Source of the DNA: an uncultured Candidatus Rokubacteria bacterium
GTDB taxonomy: Bacteria; Methylomirabilota; Methylomirabilia; Rokubacteriales; DASRDR01
Assembly (NCBI GenBank): GCA_963708025.1
Contig: CAVPSB010000012.1
Span: 64,001-128,000, forward strand
Direction: 5' to 3'
Length of the DNA: 64,000 nucleotides
Position 1 is the stretch's first letter; each line of letters begins with the position of its first letter. The position numbers and the translations under genes were made by a program. A model generated the notes under the pieces. The model worked only from the letters and a program-made list of their open reading frames with translations, did not search any database and was not told where the DNA came from. Below, piece after piece: positions 9,431 through 17,422 of the stretch.

Positions 9431-10425
9431 TGGACGCCTGGGCGCCCCGGCCGATGCTGGCGATGTTCGCCGTCTTCCTCGTCCTGCCGGCCGTGCTCCC
9501 GTGGCTGGGCGGCTACACCTACCTCGGCACCGAGGTGATGATCTGGGCGATCTTCGCGCTGGGCTACAACCTGCTGCTCGGCTACACGGGGCTGCCGGCC
9601 TTCGGCCACGGCGCCTTCTTCGGCGCCGGCGCCTACCTCTTGGGGATGAGCCAGAAGTGGTGGACGGGCGGGCTCTGGCTGCCGCTCCTTGCCGGCATCG
9701 CGGGGACCGCGCTGTGCGCCGCCCTGGTCGGCCTGTTCGTCGCCCGGAAGCGCGGGATCTATTTCGCGCTCCTGACGATCGCCTTCGGGGTCATGTTCTG
9801 GTTCCTGGTCTTCGTCTTCGACCGGTGGACCGGCGGCGAGGACGGGCTGACCGGCATCAACCGACTCTCGGCCCTCGGCGTCCCGCTTCGCGGCAACGTG
9901 GCCTTCTACTACTTCGTCTACGCCTGGTTCGTCGTCGCCACCGCCCTCCTCTGGCGGATCGTCAACTCGCCGTTCGGGTGCGTGATCCGCGCGATCAAGC
10001 AGAGCGAGACGCGGGCCCGCGCGCTGGGCTACGACACCGCGCGGTACAAGTGGGCGGTCTTCACCCTGACCGGGGCCTTCGCCGGCCTGGCCGGCGGCCT
10101 CTACGCCCTGGCCCGCTTCGGCGCGTTCGCCGAGCCGATGAGCCTCCAGCAGTCGGGTAACGTCGTCCTCATGTGCCTGATCGGCGGCGGCTTCGCCAGC
10201 TTCTACGGCCCCGTCCTCGGCGTGGTCGTCTTCCTCGTCCTCCGGGACGTCTTCTCCACGCTCACCGACCACTGGATGCTCCTCTACGGCCTGCTCTTCA
10301 TGGGCGTGATCCTCTTCATGCCCGAGGGCATCCTGGGGCTCGCCAGGCGCGCCCGGCGGCCGACCGGCTTCCACGACACCCGGGCGCCGGCGGCCGCCGG
10401 CCGTCCGACCGGGGTCGCGCGGTGA
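9430..10425 (+). CDS. LivM-type ABC permease
   Basis: NLLLGYTG..FGHGAFFG, YFALLTIAF, TGGEDG. Confidence 0.9.
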   Translation: MDAWAPRPMLAMFAVFLVLPAVLPWLGGYTYLGTEVMIWAIFALGYNLLLGYTGLPAFGHGAFFGAGAYLLGMSQKWWTGGLWLPLLAGIAGTALCAALVGLFVARKRGIYFALLTIAFGVMFWFLVFVFDRWTGGEDGLTGINRLSALGVPLRGNVAFYYFVYAWFVVATALLWRIVNSPFGCVIRAIKQSETRARALGYDTARYKWAVFTLTGAFAGLAGGLYALARFGAFAEPMSLQQSGNVVLMCLIGGGFASFYGPVLGVVVFLVLRDVFSTLTDHWMLLYGLLFMGVILFMPEGILGLARRARRPTGFHDTRAPAAAGRPTGVAR

Positions 10426-11183
10426 GCGCGGTCCTCGAGACCCGCGGGCTCCGGAAGGCCTTCGGCGGCCACGTCGTCCTGGACGACGTCACCCTGGCCT
10501 TCGAGGCGAACCGCCTCTCGGCGCTGATCGGACCGAACGGCGCCGGCAAGACGACCTGCTTCAACCTGCTGAGCGGCCTGCTCCCGCCCGACGCCGGGGA
10601 GATCCGCTTCAAGGGGCAGGACATCACCCGGCTCCCGCCCGACCGCCGGGCCCGCCTCGGGATCTGCCGCTCGTTCCAGATCCTGAACCTCTTCGACGAC
10701 TACACGGTGCTGGAGAACCTCCGAGTGGCGGTGCCCGCCATGCGGGCCCGCGGCTTCGACTGCTGGACGCCGGCGTCGTCGCTCGGCGAGGCCGAGGACC
10801 GGGCGGCCGCCGTCGTCCGGCTGGTCGGCCTGGCCGGTCGCGAGCACGTCGAGGCCCGCTACCTCTCCTACGGCCAGCGCCGGCTCCTGGAGATCGGCGT
10901 GGCGCTCGCCGGTGAGCCCGAGCTGCTCCTGCTCGACGAGCCGACCAGCGGGCTCGGCAGCCGCCCCATGGAGACGCTCCGCGACCTGGTCCAGCGGCTC
11001 GCCTCGACGCTCACCATCGTCGTCATCGAGCACGACATGAACTTCGTGCTGTCGCTCTCCCACCACATCGCGGTGCTGCATCGCGGGACGGTCATCGCCG
11101 AGGGGCCGCCAGAGGCGATCCGCGACCACGCCGAGGTGCGCGAGGCGTACCTCGGCCGGCTGGTCCCGGGGCGGAGCCGGTGA
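10422..11183 (+). CDS. LivG-type ABC ATPase
   Basis: GPNGAGKTT, LSYGQRR, LLLDEP, VIEHDM; GTGA overlap. Confidence 0.9.
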   Translation: MSAVLETRGLRKAFGGHVVLDDVTLAFEANRLSALIGPNGAGKTTCFNLLSGLLPPDAGEIRFKGQDITRLPPDRRARLGICRSFQILNLFDDYTVLENLRVAVPAMRARGFDCWTPASSLGEAEDRAAAVVRLVGLAGREHVEARYLSYGQRRLLEIGVALAGEPELLLLDEPTSGLGSRPMETLRDLVQRLASTLTIVVIEHDMNFVLSLSHHIAVLHRGTVIAEGPPEAIRDHAEVREAYLGRLVPGRSR

Positions 11184-11907
11184 CGGCCGCCGTCCACTCC
11201 TCACCCTGGAGGACGTCCAGACCTTCTACGGCGACGCCCAGATCCTCCACGGCGTGACGCTGTCGATCGGTGCCGGGGAGACGGTGTGCCTGCTCGGCCG
11301 GAACGGGCGGGGGAAGACGACGACGATCAAGTCGGTCCTGGGCCTGGTGCCGGCCCGGGCCGGACGCATCCGCTTCGACGGGGCCGACATCACCCGGCTG
11401 CCCACGCACCTGATCGCCCGGCGCGGCATCGCGTGGGTGCCCGACAACCGGCGCATCTTTCCGACCCTCACGGTGGAGCGGAACCTCCAGATGGCCCTCA
11501 ACCGGGCGCTCCCGCCCGGCCGGGACGGGGACCGCTGGACGCTCGACCGCGTGTACCGGCGGTTTCCGATCCTGGCCGCCCTCCGCCAGCGGAGCGGCGA
11601 GCACCTGTCGGGCGGCGAGGCCCAGCTGGTCGCGATCGCCCGGGCGCTGCTGATGCATCCTCGGCTGGTGCTCCTCGACGAGCCCTCCCAGGGGCTGGCC
11701 CCGAAGATCGTCGAGGACATCATGGCGGTGATCGCGGAGATGCGGGCCGAGGGGATCGCGATCCTCCTGGTCGAGCAGAACTCGGCCATGGCCCTCAGCC
11801 TGGCCGACCGCGCCTACGTCATCGACGACGGCCGCATCGTGCACGCTGCACCGGCCCGCGACCTGGAGGCCGACACCGCGCTGCTCCACCAGCTTCTCGC
11901 CGTGTGA
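11180..11907 (+). CDS. LivF-type ABC ATPase (probable indel in first codons)
   Basis: LLTLEDVQTFYGDAQIL, GRNGRGKTT, LSGGEAQ, LDEPSQGLAP; GTG 11180 is out of frame with the body. Confidence 0.85.
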
Positions 11908-11983
11908 AGCGACGGGCCGGCCCGGGGTCGGCCTCGTGCCACGGCACGGCGCGAGCCTCCCGTATCGGCTATCCTGACAGGCG

Positions 11984-13003
11984 ATGACCGGCCGTCCCCT
12001 TCGATTCCTCGCGAGCCGGCTGCTCCTGGCGATCCTCTCCCTTTGGGGCGTCAGCGTGCTGGCCTTCGCCATCCTCCGGATCGTGCCCGGCGACCCGGCG
12101 CTCCTGATGGCGCCCGTCGGCTCGACCGCCCAGGACATCGACCGGATCCGCGAGCAGTTCGGGCTCGCTGGGTCCTGGTGGCAGCAGTACGGCGCGTTCT
12201 TCGCGGGCTTGGTGCGCGGCCGCTTCGGCACCTCGCTGTGGCTCCAACAGGACGCGCTCCGAGTGATCCTGGGCCGGCTGCCGGCGACCCTCGAGCTGGC
12301 GCTGGCCGCGCTGACGCTGGCGGTTGCCGGCGGGGTCCTGCTCGGGGTCGTCTCGGTCTGGCGGCGGCGGAGTTGGCTCGAGTCGGTGACGGTGTGGGTG
12401 GGCACCCTCGGGATCTCCATCCCGAACTTCATCTGGGGACTGCTCTTCATCGTGGTCTTCGGCGCCATCCTGCGGCTCCTGCCGATCTCCGGCCGGGTCG
12501 CCCCCGAGCTGGAGGCCGAGGAGCTGACCGGCTCGGCCCTGCTCGACACGGTCCTGCGCGGGGACGGGCCGGCCTTCGGGTCGGTGCTCGCGCACCTCCT
12601 CCTGCCGGCGGCCGCCCTGGCGCTCCCGCTCCTGGCCGCGGTGTTCCGGACCATCCGCTCGGACCTCCTGACCGCGCTCCAGGAGGAGTACGTGGTGACC
12701 GAGCGGATGAAGGGGCTGGGGGAGGCGCGGATCCTGTTCTGGCGCGCCCTCAAGAACGCCCTCATCCCGACGACGACGCTGGTCGGCGTCCAGTTCGGGT
12801 TCGTCATCGGCGGCACCGTGCTCATCGAGACCATTTTCTCGTGGCCCGGCATCGGCCAGCTCACGCTCCAGGCGTTCCAGTACCGCGATTTCCCGCTGAT
12901 CCAGGGGATCGTGATCGTCTACGCCGTCACGGTCATTCTCTCGAACCTGGCCGTGGACCTGGCCTATGCGTTCCTCAACCCGCGAGTCCGGCTGACCGCG
13001 TGA
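11984..13003 (+). CDS. DppB/OppB-type ABC permease
   Basis: VPGDPA, RLPATLEL, IETIFSWPGIG, RDFPLIQG. Confidence 0.9.
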   Translation: MTGRPLRFLASRLLLAILSLWGVSVLAFAILRIVPGDPALLMAPVGSTAQDIDRIREQFGLAGSWWQQYGAFFAGLVRGRFGTSLWLQQDALRVILGRLPATLELALAALTLAVAGGVLLGVVSVWRRRSWLESVTVWVGTLGISIPNFIWGLLFIVVFGAILRLLPISGRVAPELEAEELTGSALLDTVLRGDGPAFGSVLAHLLLPAAALALPLLAAVFRTIRSDLLTALQEEYVVTERMKGLGEARILFWRALKNALIPTTTLVGVQFGFVIGGTVLIETIFSWPGIGQLTLQAFQYRDFPLIQGIVIVYAVTVILSNLAVDLAYAFLNPRVRLTA

Positions 13004-13821
13004 ACGGCAAACTCGTCGCCGGCGGGCTCATCGCGCTCCTGCTGGTGGCCGTCGCCCTCGCCGGCCCGTGGGCGGCGCCCTACGACCCGAACCGCCAGGA
13101 CCTGGGCGCCATCCGGCTGGCGCCCCTGTGGGCGGGCGGGAGCTGGGCCCACCCGCTCGGGACCGACAGCCTCGGGCGCGACATCCTCTCGCGCCTCCTC
13201 TGGGGCGCCCGGGTGGCTCTCGTGGTGGCCCTGGCCAGCGCCGTCATCTCGGCCCTGGTCGGGGTGCCGGTGGCGCTGGTGGCCGGCTACTGGCGGGGGT
13301 GGGTTGACAGCGTGCTGATGCGGGTGGTGGACACCTGGATGTCCATCCCGGCGGTCCTTCTGGCCATCGCGCTGATGGCGGTCCTCGGCCTCGGCCTCTG
13401 GAAGGTCGTCCTCGCCATCGTCGTCGTGGACTGGACTCGCTTCGCCCGCGTGATCCGCGGCGAGGTGCTGGCCCTCCGCGAACGAGAGTTCGTCGAGTCG
13501 GCGCGGGCCATCGGGCTGGGCCCCTTCCGCGTCATGGCCGAGGAGCTGCTCCCCAACCTGGTCCCGCTCATCATCGTGCTGGCCTCGCTCGAGATGGCCA
13601 TCGCGGTGGGCGTCGAGGCGCTCCTCTCGTTCGTCGGCCTCGGCGTCCAGGCCTCGGTTCCGTCCTGGGGCGCCATGATCGCGGAAGGGCGCGGGTACCT
13701 GATGGTGAGCTGGTGGGGGATGGGGCTGCCGATGCTCGCCCTTGTCGTCGCCGTCGTCGGCTTCAACCTGCTGGGCGAGGGCCTGCGCGAGCGTCTCGAC
13801 CCCCGGCTCCGGACCACCTGA
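13000..13821 (+). CDS. DppC/OppC-type ABC permease
   Basis: HPLGTDSLGRDILSRLLWGAR, EFVESARAIG, PSWGAMI. Confidence 0.9.
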   Translation: MNGKLVAGGLIALLLVAVALAGPWAAPYDPNRQDLGAIRLAPLWAGGSWAHPLGTDSLGRDILSRLLWGARVALVVALASAVISALVGVPVALVAGYWRGWVDSVLMRVVDTWMSIPAVLLAIALMAVLGLGLWKVVLAIVVVDWTRFARVIRGEVLALREREFVESARAIGLGPFRVMAEELLPNLVPLIIVLASLEMAIAVGVEALLSFVGLGVQASVPSWGAMIAEGRGYLMVSWWGMGLPMLALVVAVVGFNLLGEGLRERLDPRLRTT

Positions 13822-13831
13822 GGGCATCGGT

Positions 13832-14788
13832 GTGATCGAGCCGCTGCTGGAGATCCGCGGGCTGACGATTCGCTACGGCGCGCGGCTGGCCGTCTGGGCG
13901 GTGGACCTCGCCATCCGGCCGGGCGAGGTGCTGGGGCTGGTCGGGGAGTCGGGCGCCGGCAAGTCGACGGTCGGGCGCAGCATCGTGCGCCTGCTGCCGG
14001 ACTCGGCCCGGACCGGCTCCGGCACCATCCACTTCAAGGGCCGCGACCTCCTGGCGCTCCCCGAGGCCGACTTGCGAGCGCTCCGGGGCGCCGACATCGC
14101 GCTGATCCCGCAGGACCCGCTGTCGGCGCTCAACCCCACCTTCCGGATCGGGCTCCAGGCCACGGACGCCCTCCGGCTCCACCGCGGGCTGTCGCGCGGC
14201 GACGCCGAGGCGGCCATGGCCGCGCTGCTCGGTCGGATGGGGATTCCCGGCCCCCTCGAGCTGCTGCGGCGCTACCCGCACGAGCTGTCCGGCGGGATGC
14301 GCCAGCGCGTGCTCATCGCCATGGCCTTCTCCTGCGACCCGAGCCTGGTGATCGCCGACGAGCCGACGACCGCGCTCGACGTCACCACCCAGGCCCAGAT
14401 CCTGCGCCTGCTCGAGGGGCTCCGGGCCGAGCGGGGTGTGGCGAGCCTCTTCGTGACGCACGACATGGGCGTCGTGGCCCACGTGGCCCACACGGTCGCC
14501 ATCATGTACGCGGGCTGCCTGGTGGAGGTGGCGCCGACCGTGGCGCTGTTCGGCAGCCCGGCCCATCCCTACACGCAGGCCCTCCTGGCCCAGGTGCCCC
14601 GCGCCGACCGGCGGAGCGACGACGCCGGCTCGCTCGAGGGCTGGATGCCCCTGCTCGACGACGCGCCGAGCGCGTGCCCGTTCCGCGAGCGGTGCCCGAA
14701 GCGCATGACGGCCTGCGAGGCGACGATGCCCTCCCTTCGCGAGGTCGGTCCCGGCCATCGGGTCGCCTGTCACCTCTACGCCTCATGA
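13832..14788 (+). CDS. DppD/OppD-type ABC ATPase
   Basis: [30 protein letters not shown]-terminal CPF..RC...VACH. Confidence 0.9.
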   Translation: MIEPLLEIRGLTIRYGARLAVWAVDLAIRPGEVLGLVGESGAGKSTVGRSIVRLLPDSARTGSGTIHFKGRDLLALPEADLRALRGADIALIPQDPLSALNPTFRIGLQATDALRLHRGLSRGDAEAAMAALLGRMGIPGPLELLRRYPHELSGGMRQRVLIAMAFSCDPSLVIADEPTTALDVTTQAQILRLLEGLRAERGVASLFVTHDMGVVAHVAHTVAIMYAGCLVEVAPTVALFGSPAHPYTQALLAQVPRADRRSDDAGSLEGWMPLLDDAPSACPFRERCPKRMTACEATMPSLREVGPGHRVACHLYAS

Positions 14789-15789
14789 CCGGCGATCCGC
14801 TGCTCGCGGTCGAGGATCTCGCCACCCACTATCGAATCGGCGGCTGGCTGGGCCCGGCGCGCCGGGTGCGCGCGGTCGACGGCGTGAGCCTGACGATCGG
14901 CCGCCAGGAGACGCTCGGCCTGGTCGGAGAGTCGGGATCCGGCAAGACGACCCTGGGCCGGACCGTGCTCCGCCTGGTCGAGCCCACCGCCGGGCGCATC
15001 CTGCTCGACGGCCGGGACGTCACCCGCATCTCCCAGCGGGCGTTTCGCCCCCTCCGCCGGCGCATGCAGATCGTCTTCCAGAACCCGTACGCTTCGCTCA
15101 ACCCGCGCAAGACGGTCCGGCAGATCCTGCGCCAGCCGCTCCGGACACACCGGGTGCCGGGCGACCACGGGGCGATGGCGGCGGCGCTCCTGGCCCGGGT
15201 CGGCCTGTCACCCGAGGCGGCCCGGCGTTATCCCCACGAGTTCTCCGGCGGCCAGCGCCAGCGCATCGCGATCGCGCGCGCCCTCGCCCTCCGCCCCGAC
15301 CTGGTGGTCGCCGACGAGATCACCTCGGGACTCGACGTGACGGTGAAGCTGCGGGTGCTGGCCCTCCTCCGGGAGCTGCAGGCCGAGTTCCACGTCGCCT
15401 ACCTCTTCATCTCCCACGACCTGGCGGTGGTCCGCCAGATCGCCGATCGGGTCGCGGTGATGTACCTGGGCCGGATCGTCGAGGAAGCGCCGACGGGTGC
15501 CCTGTTCGAGCGGCCGCTCCACCCCTACACGCAGATCCTGAAAGCGTCGGTGCCTGTCCCCGATCCCGGAGTGGCCTGGGAGCCGCCGGCGCTCACGGGG
15601 GAGGCGCCGAGCCCGATCGAGGTCCCGGTCGGCTGCCGGTTCCACCCGCGGTGCCCGTTCGCCGAGGCGCGATGTCGGAGCGAGGTGCCGGCGCTCCGCG
15701 AGATCGAGCCAGAGCATCGTGTCGCCTGCCACCTGGCGCCGGGGGTCGGGTGTGGCGGCGCCGCGGCCGGCTCGGGTAGGATACGGTAG
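14785..15789 (+). CDS. DppF/OppF-type ABC ATPase
   Basis: GESGSGKTT, YPHEFSGGQRQR, GCRFHPRC, VACH. Confidence 0.9.
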   Translation: MTGDPLLAVEDLATHYRIGGWLGPARRVRAVDGVSLTIGRQETLGLVGESGSGKTTLGRTVLRLVEPTAGRILLDGRDVTRISQRAFRPLRRRMQIVFQNPYASLNPRKTVRQILRQPLRTHRVPGDHGAMAAALLARVGLSPEAARRYPHEFSGGQRQRIAIARALALRPDLVVADEITSGLDVTVKLRVLALLRELQAEFHVAYLFISHDLAVVRQIADRVAVMYLGRIVEEAPTGALFERPLHPYTQILKASVPVPDPGVAWEPPALTGEAPSPIEVPVGCRFHPRCPFAEARCRSEVPALREIEPEHRVACHLAPGVGCGGAAAGSGRIR

Positions 15790-15820
15790 GCACCCGGGGG
15801 CGGATGCGGAGCGGCGAGCA

Positions 15821-16306
15821 ATGGCGGATCCCGACGCGCTCGAGCGGGCGACCAGGCTGTGGCAAGAGGCCTACCGGTACCAGATGGCCGGGGATCTCGA
15901 TCGCGCGATCGAGACGTACCAGCGGTCGATCGAGGTTCAGCCCACCGCCGAGGCCCACACCTTCCTCGGCTGGAGCTACAGCTTCCAGAACCGCATCCCG
16001 GAGGCCACCGCCGAGTGCCTGAAGGCGATTGCGATCGACCCGGACTTCGGCAATCCGTACAACGACATCGGCGTCTACCTCATGCAGCAGGACCGGCTCG
16101 ACGAGGCGGTCCTCTGGCTGGAGAAGGCTAAGGGCGCGCGGCGCTACGAGCCGCGGCACTTCCCGTACCTGAACCTGGGGCGCATCCACCTGAGGCAGGG
16201 GAAATGGCTGGAGGCCCTGCGTGAGTTCGAGGGCGCCGTCCGCCTGGCGCCGCAGGACGCCGAGGCGCGCAAGGCGCTCCACACGCTGCGCGGCCAGCTG
16301 AACTGA
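15821..16306 (+). CDS. Tetratricopeptide repeat protein
   Basis: TPR-like helices AEAHTFLGW, AIAIDPDFGNPYNDIG, YLNLGRI. Confidence 0.8.
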   Translation: MADPDALERATRLWQEAYRYQMAGDLDRAIETYQRSIEVQPTAEAHTFLGWSYSFQNRIPEATAECLKAIAIDPDFGNPYNDIGVYLMQQDRLDEAVLWLEKAKGARRYEPRHFPYLNLGRIHLRQGKWLEALREFEGAVRLAPQDAEARKALHTLRGQLN

Positions 16307-16449
16307 GAGGGTGTGAATCAATCGGGTCCCTCCGGCTCCCCCCTCCCCCCGGTCGGGTCGGGGGAGGGGGGCTGGGGGGGTAGGAGGGAGGTCCCGAACT
16401 GAACGCCACGGCCGCGTGGCCCGAGCCGGAGGTTTGCGAGAAGCCGATG
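16305..16449 (+). repeat. Family A G/C-tract repeat with extended tail
   Basis: Same core as 4366 copy; tail GGGAGGTCCCGAACTGA-n-GCGAGAAGCCGAT shared with the 20.6 kb copy. Confidence 0.8.
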
Positions 16450-16475
16450 GGCGGTTGGATTGGGAGCGGCGGGTC

Positions 16476-17207
16476 TTGGATAGGGTCGCGCTGATCACCG
16501 GCGGGGCGCGGGGCATCGGCCGGGCGATCGGCCTGGAGCTGGCCCAGGCGGGGTGGTCGGTGGCCCTGTGCTACCGGACCAGCGAGGGCGCGGCCGCCGA
16601 GACCGCCGCCGCCATCGAGGCGGCCGGCGCCCGTGCGCTCGCGGTGCGGGCCGACGTCTCCGATCCCGCCGTCGCGGAGGCGCTCGTCCGCCAGGTGGAG
16701 ACGACGTGGGGGCGGATCGACGCGCTGGTCAACTGCGCCGGGCCGTTCCACAAGGTCGAGCTGCTGGAGGAGACCACGGCCGGCTGGCGCGAGATGATCG
16801 ACAACAACCTCCACCCCGTCTTCTACCTGAGCCGCGCCGTCGCCCCGGGCATGATGGCGCGGAAGTGGGGCCGGGTCCTCGCCTTCGCGATGGCGACCGC
16901 GGACCAGCTCACGGCCCAGACCAACGTCACCGCGCACTACATCGCCAAGGCCGGGATCCTCGTCCTGGTTCGCTCGCTGGCTCGGGTGCTGGGGCCGCAC
17001 GGGATCACCGTGAACGCGATCTCACCCGGCTTCATCGACTCCGGCGGGTCGGACCCGGCGGAGCTCCAGAAGATGGTGCCCCGCATCCCCGCCGGCTACG
17101 TCGGGAGCGTGGACGACGTGGCGGCGGCGGCCCGCTTCCTCCTCTCCGACGAGGCCCGGTACGTCAGTGGCACCAACATCCACGTGAGCGGCGGCTGGGG
17201 CGTGTAG
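16476..17207 (+). CDS. Short-chain dehydrogenase/reductase (FabG/TmpR-like, atypical active site)
   Basis: TGGARGIG, VNAISPGFI, NIHVSGG. Confidence 0.85.
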   Translation: MDRVALITGGARGIGRAIGLELAQAGWSVALCYRTSEGAAAETAAAIEAAGARALAVRADVSDPAVAEALVRQVETTWGRIDALVNCAGPFHKVELLEETTAGWREMIDNNLHPVFYLSRAVAPGMMARKWGRVLAFAMATADQLTAQTNVTAHYIAKAGILVLVRSLARVLGPHGITVNAISPGFIDSGGSDPAELQKMVPRIPAGYVGSVDDVAAAARFLLSDEARYVSGTNIHVSGGWGV

Positions 17208-17376
17208 GGGGCGGGGCCGATGAGCGTCGCAGGGCGTCGTCGTTCGGACGGCCTTCGGCCTTTGGGGTCGTCGCCCATCCTCGGCGTATGCGGCATACGC
17301 CTGCGGTGGGCGACTCCCTGCGTCGATTGGACGGCCTTCGGCCTGTGGGCCCTGCTCGCTCCTCGGCCCCGCCCCC
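17207..17376. repeat. ~170-nt nested palindrome (REPIN/MITE-like) carrying two 21-nt units
   Basis: GGGGGCGGGGCCGA..GCAGGGC / GCCCTGC..TCGGCCCCGCCCCC outer arms; inner GTCGCCCA/TGGGCGAC and GGCGTATGC/GCATACGCC. Confidence 0.8.
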
Positions 17377-17422
17377 GGGAGCTTGACTCACCTTTCGCCG
17401 ATCTGAGGCGTCAAGGACGCTA

